From IMG/VR virus record IMGVR_UViG_3300025413_001239: DNA of 64,000 nt; one strand, given 5' to 3'. Below the pieces are notes generated by a model. The model saw nothing but the letters and a program-made list of their open reading frames with translations. It was not told the DNA's origin and searched no databases. This stretch comes from a virus (taxonomy: Duplodnaviria; Caudoviricetes). Every line of letters begins with the position of its first letter. Within the stretch, counting starts at the first letter, position 1. Of the stretch, positions 39,190 to 48,750 are shown one piece after another. Made by a program: the position numbers and the translations under genes.

Positions 39190-39276
39190 CTTTATCTTGT
39201 TTAATTAAACCAATATCAAAAATTTACCCTATCTTTGCAGTCTTATTAACCGCCGAAAGGCACTAAATTACAGATT

Positions 39277-39864
39277 ATGAATACAGTTGAAACGGTACAA
39301 ACTACTGAAATTGCAGTAAGCGAAGTAGCTGCAAAAGTGATTAACTTAGCTAAATTAGCTATCCAAAAATCGCCAACAGGTGTTAGTTTTGTTAGTATTA
39401 GGAATTATACTAATCAATACGGCGAAATTTCAAACCAAACAATTAATTTAGGCGAAAGCTATGAGAAAGCTAAATTAAGGGATATTGAAACGCTTGAAGG
39501 CTTGGACATTACCAATGCTGAATATGGCTTTAAAAGTAGTGTTTTAATGCTTGAAAAAGCAAGGGTTGAATTAATTGAGGCTTTTATTAAGCCAAACGAA
39601 ACCCGCTCAAAAGGGCAAACAGAAGCCTATACAAACATCTGTAAAGGTATAAGAGTGCATAACCAAACGGGATTGCTTTATTTATACGGCTATCGTATAA
39701 ATAAGAGTGTTTTGCAAAGTGGTACATACCCAACTAAAAATAGTAAGGAATTAACCATAGCGAAGGATGAATTAAGAAAGCTATTAAAGACAAATAAATT
39801 TGTAAACTTCTCTTTACAGGTCGGCAATGAATTAAGAATGGCTGGGGATACTTTAGAATTGTAG
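39277..39864 (+). CDS. Conserved phage hypothetical protein
   Basis: Own promoter; leader with GCC-GAAA-GGC hairpin and TTACAGATTATG. Confidence 0.7.
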   Translation: MNTVETVQTTEIAVSEVAAKVINLAKLAIQKSPTGVSFVSIRNYTNQYGEISNQTINLGESYEKAKLRDIETLEGLDITNAEYGFKSSVLMLEKARVELIEAFIKPNETRSKGQTEAYTNICKGIRVHNQTGLLYLYGYRINKSVLQSGTYPTKNSKELTIAKDELRKLLKTNKFVNFSLQVGNELRMAGDTLEL

Positions 39865-39983
39865 TAAAAAAATAAGGTGGGTTAAATAGTGCTATGTCTA
39901 TTGATAACAATAGAGATTTTTAGACTTAAATGGGCTGCAATACAATTTTGCAGCCCACTTTTTTAATAACTAAATTTTATAGT

Positions 39984-40229
39984 ATGAGAAATTTTAAAGT
40001 AGTTGATGGGGATGTTGATTTTGAAGTAGTCGAAAGGGTAATCAAAGGTCGTTTTACCAAAAAAAGGTTTAAGACGATACATAGAGCCGCAAGGGAAAGA
40101 TTAGGCGGCAAAGTGCCTTATTGTGGCTGCGTTTATGATTGTTGCGGCTGTTTAAGCAGCAAAGGCGTATCTTTCGACTTTCGTAATGGCGCACTTGTTA
40201 TTCAAGCATCAAGATATTACAACTACTAA
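39984..40229 (+). CDS. Small Cys-rich protein
   Basis: YCGCVYDCCGC motif. Confidence 0.6.
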   Translation: MRNFKVVDGDVDFEVVERVIKGRFTKKRFKTIHRAARERLGGKVPYCGCVYDCCGCLSSKGVSFDFRNGALVIQASRYYNY

Positions 40230-40283
40230 ACTTAAAGGGCTGCATCCTTGCAGCCCACTTTTTTAACCACTTAAATAAAAAAA

Positions 40284-40424
40284 ATGAAAAAAATACTTCT
40301 TGCCTTATTGCTTATTGGATTTCTATCTAGTTGCAGTTATAGTGAGTACCAATGTGCTGCCCACTACAAAGTAACCGACTATTATAGTGGTCGGATTACT
40401 CCGAGATGGAAACTAGCCCACTAA
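40284..40424 (+). CDS. Small lipoprotein (46 aa)
   Basis: MKKILLALLLIGFLSSC lipobox. Confidence 0.6.
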   Translation: MKKILLALLLIGFLSSCSYSEYQCAAHYKVTDYYSGRITPRWKLAH

Positions 40425-40559
40425 AAATACCCTAAAAAACAGCTAAAAAGCCCAAAATTGGGCTTTTTTTATGCCCGTAAGGTAATCGTATCAAAAACAA
40501 CCAAACAGGCTAAAACAGGCTTAAAATGGCTATTTTAAGCTATATGACTATACGGCAGT

Positions 40560-40608
40560 CCCCCCTCCCGTCAAGGTGACAGTACCCCCTACCCGTAACC
40601 CCCCTCCC
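40560..40608 (-). other. G-quadruplex-capable motif
   Basis: Six C-tracts of 3-6 nt on the + strand within 49 bp. Confidence 0.55.
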
Positions 40609-40740
40609 GTATGACAGATTGGCATAGCCATATGGGGGTGGCGATACTGTGTTCAAAATTTTTTTTTCATTTTCGGGGTCAAATAATAACTAATCTGAAA
40701 TTTTTGGTTTTTAATAAAATGAAAGTCATTTTAAAAAATT

Positions 40741-41103
40741 TTATTTTTTAAAATTTTTGAGGTCCATATGTTCATATATTGATTTTATTAAATCAATAAA
40801 ATCTAAATATGGTAAGTCATTTTTTAATAAGTTAATTTTTGTTCTAACTAAAACAACGTTATCTTTTGTATACCCAGCATTTGAATTAATTCTATCAATT
40901 GAGAATGCCTTATCATTGATTCTATAATCGGACAAATCATCTTCAGTTAAAGTATCCAATAATTCTTTACCAGTATATTTACATTTACAGTTTTGTTGTT
41001 CATATAATTCTTTAATAAAATCTGTTGTTAAGTCAAAGGCTATACCTTTTTTTATTGCTCGTGCACGTGCTGCGGCAACTCTAATTTTAATTAAGTTATT
41101 CAT
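40741..41103 (-). CDS. HNH-like endonuclease domain; may be the frameshifted C-terminal half of 41159-41758
   Basis: CKYTG...SIDRINSNAGYTKDNVVLV. Confidence 0.7.
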   Translation of the reverse strand: MNNLIKIRVAAARARAIKKGIAFDLTTDFIKELYEQQNCKCKYTGKELLDTLTEDDLSDYRINDKAFSIDRINSNAGYTKDNVVLVRTKINLLKNDLPYLDFIDLIKSIYEHMDLKNFKK

Positions 41104-41158
41104 TCGCCATTTTAATGCCTTTTCTTCTCTTAATTTTCGTTCATCTTCTGGTAAAGAA

Positions 41159-41758
41159 TTATAAATTTCTTTTTTTTCTAATGAAATACATTTTTTTGTT
41201 ATGAAGAAATTCTCTTAGTTCATTATCTTGTAATGAATTTATCTTATAGTAGAATTTTTTTTCTGGGTCAACGTTAGGGTATGTTATGTATCTTAATACG
41301 TTATATATAGCATCTTTTGTGACGTTATATTGCTCAGCGAGTTCTTTAGTTGATATGTTAGTATCATTGAATTTTTCTCTGATATCCTTAACGTTATCTT
41401 CATTTAATTTTTGGGCCCAACTTCTTGGTCTGAGTCCAGTTTGTATTGCGTGTGCGATATTTTCTTGTCTGGTCATCCATTCAAGGTTCTTAAAGTAGTT
41501 ATTGGTTTTTACACCATCGATATGGTTTACGGTTGTTTTACCTTCTACGTTTTCGATGAATAGGGTTGCGACTATTCTATGAACTTTAATGTTTTTGTAT
41601 CTACAAAACTTATCGCTATAAAGATTGGGTCTTACATAACCATCATCGTTAAGGATTTTCTTAAGTTCTTTTTTAGTCTTAGCGTTTCTAAGATTACCCA
41701 AATTAGAGAATTCATACTTTGTTAAGTCTGGGTGTTTTTTCCAAATTTCTTCTTCCAT
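41159..41758 (-). CDS. NUMOD4-HNH homing endonuclease
   Basis: EIWK...YEFSNLGN; VHRIVA...VNHIDGVKTNN...NLEW. Confidence 0.88.
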   Translation of the reverse strand: MEEEIWKKHPDLTKYEFSNLGNLRNAKTKKELKKILNDDGYVRPNLYSDKFCRYKNIKVHRIVATLFIENVEGKTTVNHIDGVKTNNYFKNLEWMTRQENIAHAIQTGLRPRSWAQKLNEDNVKDIREKFNDTNISTKELAEQYNVTKDAIYNVLRYITYPNVDPEKKFYYKINSLQDNELREFLHNKKMYFIRKKRNL

Positions 41759-41779
41759 AGTCTTTTTTTTATATAAGTA

Positions 41780-41986
41780 TTAGTTTTCTTCGTCTTCCAA
41801 TTCAAAATTTTCTGCTCCAAAGTCCTTTATTCTTTCGTTAACAAGGTCTTGGTTATCTCTGAACTCGACTTCATCGAAGAATTGGTCAGGGTTATTCTGA
41901 AATAATTCAGCTTGTTCATCGGTGATTTCTGCGCTATAGTAAGCGGTTGTTGTGAAGCTTTCTGTCCACGTTAATTTTCTTGCCAT
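41780..41986 (-). CDS. Small acidic protein
   Basis: Own promoter at ~42001-42030. Confidence 0.6.
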   Translation of the reverse strand: MARKLTWTESFTTTAYYSAEITDEQAELFQNNPDQFFDEVEFRDNQDLVNERIKDFGAENFELEDEEN

Positions 41987-42167
41987 AAGTTTTTTTTTTG
42001 CAAATATACTTAATAATTTTTATTTTTGCAAATTTCGGAATAAATTTTTTTGGGGGGTCATTTTTTAAAAATTTTTTTGGAAAATTTTTGATTAAAATTA
42101 TTGGGGGTCTAAGAATAAATTTGTTAGTAATTAAAATTTCCTGTATCTTTGCAAAAAGTTTTTAGGT

Positions 42168-42542
42168 ATGCGAGCAATTCTTGCGATGAACAATTTGGGG
42201 TTTATTGGGCTTAATGATGCTTTGCCATGGAGATGCAAAGAAGACTTTAAGCATTTCAAAGCGTTAACGCTTAACTGTCGTCTTTTGGTTGGTTATAGAA
42301 CGTTTCAAACGCTTCCACCGTTAAAGGATAGGCTTATTGTGTTAGACGATAGTAATTTTTATGAGGGTGATGATATTGATTGGTGTATTGGTGGCAGGGC
42401 TACGTATGAGAAGTATGCGAGTCGGTTTACAGAGTTACATATATCACACATAGATGACAATACGTTAGGAGATACGTTGTTTCCCAATCTTAAGGATTTA
42501 AATTCAGAGTGTAAAATTTTTAATTATTATTTCAAGCCATAA
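42168..42542 (+). CDS. folA: Dihydrofolate reductase (short)
   Basis: IGLNDALPWRCKEDFKHFK, VGYRTF, IGG...Y, GDTLFP. Confidence 0.92.
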   Translation: MRAILAMNNLGFIGLNDALPWRCKEDFKHFKALTLNCRLLVGYRTFQTLPPLKDRLIVLDDSNFYEGDDIDWCIGGRATYEKYASRFTELHISHIDDNTLGDTLFPNLKDLNSECKIFNYYFKP

Positions 42543-42544
42543 GT

Positions 42545-43732
42545 ATGCAGTACAAGTTAATTTTAGAGAGAAAATCGGATAAGTTAGATAAATTAATAGA
42601 AGTTTACAAGAAGGACCCTAAAAAGGCTAGGGTTTTATTTTTGAATCAGGGTAAGGGTTCATATTATATAGAAAGGCTTGTTTTATTTGAGGATGGTGAG
42701 GACTTTGAGATTTGCACGTTTAGGAAGAGTTTTGGTATAAGTATTACGAATCGTATGTATAGTTCTGAGAAGAAGCTTAAGTCGATAAAGTATAAGGATG
42801 GTAAATTTTGGTTCATTAATAATATGCTTTCGCAAAAAAATTTTTTTGTTCAGTTAACATATAATTGTGTGAAGTTATTTTTTAATGATTGGGGTTGGAA
42901 TGAGGCTTATTTATACTTGTTAAATAAGTTTACTTGGATTAGGTTTATAGGTGAGAATTCCAGTTTATTTGGCACTGCGTTTAATACTTTTACGAAGAAT
43001 AAGTTATATAATTTGAATGATGCTTTAAGGCATGTTTATGGTGCACCGTTGCCAGTTGTAAAGTTATATCTTTCAAATACTTTAAGTATTGATAACAATC
43101 ACAGTTATGAAAATCTCATAATTCGTTTTAAGAAATTTAAGCAGCGATTAATTAATATTGAGAATTTGCGTTTGGAGATGCTTGAGCATCCATTTTTTGT
43201 TGATACGTTAAGGCTTGGTAATATGCTTAACAAGAAAGTGAATTGTTCTTGGAGCCTTAATCGTCTTGTTGCTGAGCATGACAAGTGGTCAATTGAGGTT
43301 TCGGATATTCTTGCTGAGTTTGAGGAATTAAAGTACTTAAATATTTCTAAGGTTTACTTAGACTTCGCTGAGTTTTCAAATTTAAATCCATTAAAGACGA
43401 ATCAAGACTTAATACGTGAGGGTGCGGTTCAGCATCATTGTGTTGGTAGTTATTCAAGCAGTGTTGATGATGGTCGTTGTTGCATATATCATGTTGATGG
43501 TTTCACGCTTGAGTTAAGGTTTGAAAAGCGGTGGGTTGATGGTGCGTACACTGATACTGAGCAACTTTATATTGTTCAGTTTAGGGGTCTTAGAAACATC
43601 GATGCGCCAACGGAACTTAGGTTAAGAGTTCAAGCGCAAATAGATGAGTTTAATAAGGACTTAAAGGACTATGAGCCACGTAATAAATTAAGTTATACTG
43701 AAGACTTATTTGGTGTTCAGATTGAATGGTAA
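42545..43732 (+). CDS. PcfJ-like protein
   Basis: L..EG..QHHCVGSY...IY...TLEL...Q.RG..N C-terminal motif. Confidence 0.75.
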   Translation: MQYKLILERKSDKLDKLIEVYKKDPKKARVLFLNQGKGSYYIERLVLFEDGEDFEICTFRKSFGISITNRMYSSEKKLKSIKYKDGKFWFINNMLSQKNFFVQLTYNCVKLFFNDWGWNEAYLYLLNKFTWIRFIGENSSLFGTAFNTFTKNKLYNLNDALRHVYGAPLPVVKLYLSNTLSIDNNHSYENLIIRFKKFKQRLINIENLRLEMLEHPFFVDTLRLGNMLNKKVNCSWSLNRLVAEHDKWSIEVSDILAEFEELKYLNISKVYLDFAEFSNLNPLKTNQDLIREGAVQHHCVGSYSSSVDDGRCCIYHVDGFTLELRFEKRWVDGAYTDTEQLYIVQFRGLRNIDAPTELRLRVQAQIDEFNKDLKDYEPRNKLSYTEDLFGVQIEW

Positions 43733-43733
43733 A

Positions 43734-45539
43734 TTAGCGTTTGTTTTTTTGTGCAAGGAATTTAGCATATCTTTCAGCTTTAGCTTTATCAGCTTCAATT
43801 TCTTCAGGTGTCTTAGTTATTGACAATTCTGGTTTTCTTTTTTCTGGGTTAGCTCTTCTGTACTGACTTGCAAGCAATTCAGCGGCTTTTCTAACGTCAA
43901 GGTTTTTAAAGTCTTCATCAGAAAGCATTTCTAAATTGGCTTTTTTCCAATTGACCCAGAAGGCTGATTTAGCTAACGGGAAATTAAGCAATTCTTCGGC
44001 ATCAAATCTTATCTTAGAGATTTTATGTTCTCTATCCATTTTTGTATTGGATATTTCCTGACCCTTTTTATCGGTGGTATAGGATTTGGATGGCTTAAGA
44101 AAGTTTGTTATTTCTTCATGATTAAGTGTTCTAACTTTGATAGCGGCATCGATTGCTGGGGTTTCGAATACTGAATAAACCTTTGTTTCGTTTTGAAATT
44201 TACCAGCTACACCAGCCTTAAGGTCAAAGTACTTGATTCTATCATCGAAGATTTTATTATAACCAGAATCTGTTGCGGCATCTAAGTCTGGTTGTTCTAG
44301 GTTAGGGTTGGTTCTAATATTAGAAACAATTATTTTTCCACTCTTATAGAGTTTTACTTGGAATCCACCGTCACCCATTGATGGTATATCAAAGTATCTT
44401 GACCAATCCATTGGTTTACCGTTAATGTCTATGCTGTTAAGCATATTTTCAGGTATACGGCCAATGTGTAATTTGCCTTGAAATTCTGCTTCAAATGTTG
44501 TTTGTCTTTTTTTTAGGGCTCTAGTGAAAGCGTTAGCGGCTTGTCTAGCTTGGATTATATCTATTGTTACTTCTCTAAATTTTGAATCGGATATAACATC
44601 TTTATTAGATACACCAGCTTTAGCTGCCGCTCTAAATTCAGGTTTTTCGTTATAAGGTATGATTTTATCATCTTTATTAACGCCGTACATTGATTCTTTT
44701 ATTGAGATTTCGTTATCGTAAGATTTGTTCTTATAGCTATCTAACAATTCCATAAAATCGGTTCTTCTTAGGACTTTAAATACAAGATTCTCAGTTGAGT
44801 ATTCGCCACCTTTTTCCAATCCAGACTTGCGCATATTCTTTATGAGTTCTTTAATTTTATCAATTTTTTTTATTGTTTTTTTAAAGTCCTTTTTTTCGTA
44901 GTCTTTTTTTATGTCTTTGATTTTATCGAAGATTTTTTGAACTTTTCTTTTGATAAGAGATTTATCTATTTTTAGTTTAGTTTTATCTGGTTCAACAATC
45001 CACTTATTGGATTTAACGGAATAAATAGCTGATGCGTAGAGTTTTTCTTTTACGTCTTGTATGTAGATTTCTACTGGAAATCCATCTATTTTAACATTAT
45101 GCTTAGAGTTCCAAAGGTTCTTTTCGGCATCGAAGTGTTTTTTAATAAAGTCTTTATCGTCTTTAAAGTCTTTAAAATCCATTACGATGTGTAAGTCAAT
45201 ATCTGAGAACTTGGACCAATTATAATTTGCGAGGCTACCAACAAAAAGTATGTCTTTCATTTTTACGTTAGGTGGTACATCAAGTGAATCAAAGAAATCC
45301 TTAGCTAATTTTGTTAGTGCTATTCTTATTTTAGGTATGAGTTTATTATCCTTAAAAATTTGTGGATTTAATTCATTTTTAATCTTAAGCGATTGCAGAA
45401 CATCATTCGGGATTTTAAGTTCCGTATTAAGGCTATTAATAGCCTTTTCGTTCATTTTATCTAATTCATTTAACTTGAAAATTGGTCTAGTTATAGCATC
45501 AGTATTTTCAAGTATGTATGGCTTTGTTAAGAATTTCAT
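43734..45539 (-). CDS. Pol-beta-superfamily nucleotidyltransferase domain protein
   Basis: VGSLANYNWSKFSDIDLH; PVEIYIQD; ENLVFKVLRR. Confidence 0.8.
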   Translation of the reverse strand: MKFLTKPYILENTDAITRPIFKLNELDKMNEKAINSLNTELKIPNDVLQSLKIKNELNPQIFKDNKLIPKIRIALTKLAKDFFDSLDVPPNVKMKDILFVGSLANYNWSKFSDIDLHIVMDFKDFKDDKDFIKKHFDAEKNLWNSKHNVKIDGFPVEIYIQDVKEKLYASAIYSVKSNKWIVEPDKTKLKIDKSLIKRKVQKIFDKIKDIKKDYEKKDFKKTIKKIDKIKELIKNMRKSGLEKGGEYSTENLVFKVLRRTDFMELLDSYKNKSYDNEISIKESMYGVNKDDKIIPYNEKPEFRAAAKAGVSNKDVISDSKFREVTIDIIQARQAANAFTRALKKRQTTFEAEFQGKLHIGRIPENMLNSIDINGKPMDWSRYFDIPSMGDGGFQVKLYKSGKIIVSNIRTNPNLEQPDLDAATDSGYNKIFDDRIKYFDLKAGVAGKFQNETKVYSVFETPAIDAAIKVRTLNHEEITNFLKPSKSYTTDKKGQEISNTKMDREHKISKIRFDAEELLNFPLAKSAFWVNWKKANLEMLSDEDFKNLDVRKAAELLASQYRRANPEKRKPELSITKTPEEIEADKAKAERYAKFLAQKNKR

Positions 45540-45562
45540 TTAATTAAATTTATTATAAATAT

Positions 45563-46654
45563 TTGATTTATTTGAATAAAGTCGGTATATTTGCTGAAAA
45601 TATGTATTTTATGGGTTTAGCAGGATTATTATTATCGTTAAGTGGTTTTTTTGGTTTTTTTGTATCGTTGAAGTTTATTTTGATAAATCACTTTAGGATA
45701 CCTAAAAGTATAGCTAAGTTGCTTTATAAGCAAATCAGCAATTCTAATTTTAAATTTGTTATGGAAGAGGAGTTGGTGTTTGACAAAAAGGACCCAAGCA
45801 TTTACAAATCTTTAGTTAAGTTAGATGGTGTATATGTGTTATTTGATAGGTCTGAGAGGCTATTTACAGCTGGTTGGCAATCTAAAGAAGGTCTTACCGA
45901 TATATACTTTTTTAGGTGGAATACTCAAAGGGTTAGGCATATTTTAGATGCTATTAGTAAGATAAAAAAAGAAGTAAGTGTTTATGCTATGTCACCGTAT
46001 GGTAATTCGCATATTGGCACTGTTGATTGTAAGGAATTTAGTATTGTCTTGGATAAGGAAATATATGAGGATATTGAAAACGATGTTTCTAGGGTAATAA
46101 AAGGTGAGTTATCTAAGACGAGTGCTTTATTGTATGGGCCGCCAGGTAACGGCAAATCACGTTTCATTCGTTACATATCACAAAAGTACGAGTTACCAAT
46201 ATATACGTTTTATTTTAATCCAGACTATACTAATTTGGATATACTTGAAGCATTTGCTATGATACCAAAGCATTCGATAGTTTTATTTGAGGATTTTGAT
46301 AATTACTTTGATGATAGGACATGTCTTATTAAAAGTGAGAATGTTAAGTTTACGTTTGATGTGCTTTTGAATTGCTTGGATGGTGTTTATAATGATTATA
46401 AGAAGACTATTTTCTTTATGACAGTGAATGACTTGGGTAAGGTTTCTGATGCGCTTAAAAAGCGTCCTAGCAGGTTTAAATACGTAAGAGAATTTAAGAA
46501 TCCAAGTACCGAATTAAAGTTGGAATTATTAGGCAATGAGGAATTAGCTGAGGGACTTGTTGATATTAGTCTTGACCAGACTTTCAAGATTAAGGATTTT
46601 ATTTCGATGAAGGGGTTGATAACGCTTAATGATGCAAAGGAATTAATAAATTAA
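45563..46654 (+). CDS. AAA+ ATPase (BCS1-like) with N-terminal TM segment; real start probably slightly downstream
   Basis: LLYGPPGNGKS, LFEDFD, LLNCLDG, ALKKRPSRF. Confidence 0.85.
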   Translation: MIYLNKVGIFAENMYFMGLAGLLLSLSGFFGFFVSLKFILINHFRIPKSIAKLLYKQISNSNFKFVMEEELVFDKKDPSIYKSLVKLDGVYVLFDRSERLFTAGWQSKEGLTDIYFFRWNTQRVRHILDAISKIKKEVSVYAMSPYGNSHIGTVDCKEFSIVLDKEIYEDIENDVSRVIKGELSKTSALLYGPPGNGKSRFIRYISQKYELPIYTFYFNPDYTNLDILEAFAMIPKHSIVLFEDFDNYFDDRTCLIKSENVKFTFDVLLNCLDGVYNDYKKTIFFMTVNDLGKVSDALKKRPSRFKYVREFKNPSTELKLELLGNEELAEGLVDISLDQTFKIKDFISMKGLITLNDAKELIN

Positions 46655-46656
46655 AT

Positions 46657-47025
46657 ATGGCAACAGTATTAGATAAGGATTTGGTTAGGGAATCAACGGT
46701 TAAGGTTGATGGTCGTGAGATTTTAGTTTCTCTTACAGAGAATCAATCGATTTCAATGAAGTTAAAGGGTTTAAAGTCTGGTGATGTGAGTATCAGTATT
46801 AATGACTTATATCATCAATTAGCTGGTACAGTTAAAGTTGATGTAAAGCCTGAGGTTAAAAAGGTTAAAAAAGCAAGCAATTCAGATATAAATCCGAATA
46901 TAAGTTTGCTTGAGTTAAGGACACATGCTTTAGTTACTAAGATGGATTTAAAGACCAAGGTTGAGTTAGAGGGTGTTATATGTGAATTAATTAAACAGCA
47001 AATAAAAATTTTTGAAGATGAGTGA
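46657..47025 (+). CDS. Hypothetical protein
   Basis: ORF in operon. Confidence 0.65.
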   Translation: MATVLDKDLVRESTVKVDGREILVSLTENQSISMKLKGLKSGDVSISINDLYHQLAGTVKVDVKPEVKKVKKASNSDINPNISLLELRTHALVTKMDLKTKVELEGVICELIKQQIKIFEDE

Positions 47026-47239
47026 TACACAGAGTAGGTTAGAAGTTATTTTAGATAATACCATAGGTATTTTGTTAGTGATATTTGGTTCAGCCCTTAT
47101 ATTAGCATTTTTTGTAATGTGGACATGGAATTATGTTATTCCTAGTGTTTTTAATTTGCCTAAGATAGGTTATTGGCAAGCGTTTACGTTATATGTTTTA
47201 TCTGGGTTATTAATAAAGACAATAACGATTACGAGGTAA

Positions 47240-47779
47240 TTACTTTTTACGTTTTTTTCTTTTCTTTTTAAATTTTGGCTTAACGTATTTTCGTTGAACA
47301 TTTTCTTTTATGGTTAGGCCGTAGGGTGGTTTTTTAAGTATTGATAAATCCAGCGACCATTGATACTTTGAGCGTTCTTTATAGAGTTCAAATGATTCTG
47401 CAACGTGTTGAACGACTTGTTTATGGTCCCAATTATTAACGGTTTCGAGTTGTTTAAAGACTTCTGGTTGTTTACCCATTGCGTTAGCTCTACCTATGTG
47501 TTTAACGAGGTGACAAATCACACAAAGTGAAGTTAATTTAGTTAATTTTTGTGTAAAATTAACTGTATCATATGCCCAAACTTCATGACATTCAACATTA
47601 TGCTTGTAACCTTGTTCCAACCCAGTTTTACCACATATCTCACACTTGTTATTTGCTAAATTATAGGTTAATTTTCTAATCCTATCCCAATCTTTTTTTG
47701 AAACCATTGTCCTAACAGATGAAAACCAACAACTCTTAGGTATTAATTCAACAATTAATTTCGGTATATATTTACACAT
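47240..47779 (-). CDS. HNH-like zinc-binding protein, full-length copy
   Basis: CEICG...ECHEVW...LCVICHLVKH. Confidence 0.8.
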   Translation of the reverse strand: MCKYIPKLIVELIPKSCWFSSVRTMVSKKDWDRIRKLTYNLANNKCEICGKTGLEQGYKHNVECHEVWAYDTVNFTQKLTKLTSLCVICHLVKHIGRANAMGKQPEVFKQLETVNNWDHKQVVQHVAESFELYKERSKYQWSLDLSILKKPPYGLTIKENVQRKYVKPKFKKKRKKRKK

Positions 47780-47889
47780 CTTTTACTATAAATATAAAAT
47801 ATTAAAACAAATAAAAAAATATTTTTTACATTATGCTACAAAAAACTAAACTTTTACATATTTCGAGATATTTATAATAAAGAAATATT

Positions 47890-48489
47890 ATGATTAGAAA
47901 ATGTAGAAATTGTTCAGAAGATAAAAATATTAGTGAATTTCATAAACATAACGGAAACTATAGATTAGACTGTAAAATTTGTTATAGAGAAAAGGAGCGA
48001 GGTAGAAGGGTTAATCGTTTATTAAAAATCGATAAAGACCACGCTACTAGAGTTATAGCACACCAAGAAAATATTAAAAATAGAGGTGAATGCCCAGTGG
48101 ATAGTTCTTGGTGTTATAAATGTAATCAGTATAAACTAAAAAAAGATTTTTCACCACATAATTATAAAAATAATGGTTGTTGTAGAGAATGTTCTACTAA
48201 TAATGACATACAACGGAATCGAATATTAAAAATAAGAGCGATTGATTATTTAGGCGGTAAATGTAAAAGATGCGGATTCACTGGACACTATTCGGCATAC
48301 GACTTTCACCATATAAATTATTTAGAAAAAGAATTTGATTGGGGTGTAGCTAGGAAAAAATCATTTTATAAAATAATATCAGAATTAGATAAATGTAACC
48401 TTTTATGTCGAAATTGTCATCAAATTATACACACTAAATTAAATAATGATGGTTCATTAAACCATGAATATATACCAACAAATATATAG
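47890..48489 (+). CDS. HNH homing endonuclease with zinc fingers
   Basis: CRNC, CKIC, CYKC, CKRC...DFHH...LLCRNCHQIIH. Confidence 0.85.
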   Translation: MIRKCRNCSEDKNISEFHKHNGNYRLDCKICYREKERGRRVNRLLKIDKDHATRVIAHQENIKNRGECPVDSSWCYKCNQYKLKKDFSPHNYKNNGCCRECSTNNDIQRNRILKIRAIDYLGGKCKRCGFTGHYSAYDFHHINYLEKEFDWGVARKKSFYKIISELDKCNLLCRNCHQIIHTKLNNDGSLNHEYIPTNI

Positions 48490-48750
48490 AGGGCAAAGGC
48501 TTATAAGTCCTAGGAGTTTTTGTGTTAGTGTTTTATCGTCATATTTCCAAATTTCGTGACATTCAAGCTTGTGTTTAAAGCCTTTTTCCAACCCAGTTTT
48601 TCCGCATATTTCGCAAACGTTTTTTGCTTTTTCGTAGGATTGGAATCTTAGTTTATCCCATTCTTTTTGTGTTAGTGTTGAGCGAACCGATGACCACCAA
48701 CACGTTTTTGGGACGAGTTCTATTTCTAATTTTGGTTTTTCTTTTGCCAT
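48487..48750 (-). pseudogene. Truncated 5' copy of the 47240-47779 gene
   Basis: Aligns to it up to LISLCPL, then diverges exactly at the HNH stop codon. Confidence 0.75.

Larger units (their letters stand above)
21437..39240 (+). promoter_or_regulatory. About 25 Bacteroidota sigma-A-type promoters (TTTG-N~20-TAnnTTTGCA), roughly one per gene
   Basis: For example -7 elements near 21437, 22356, 24962, 25689, 26226, 28490, 29268, 33024, 33994, 34852; shared leader TTACAGATTATG. Confidence 0.85.
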
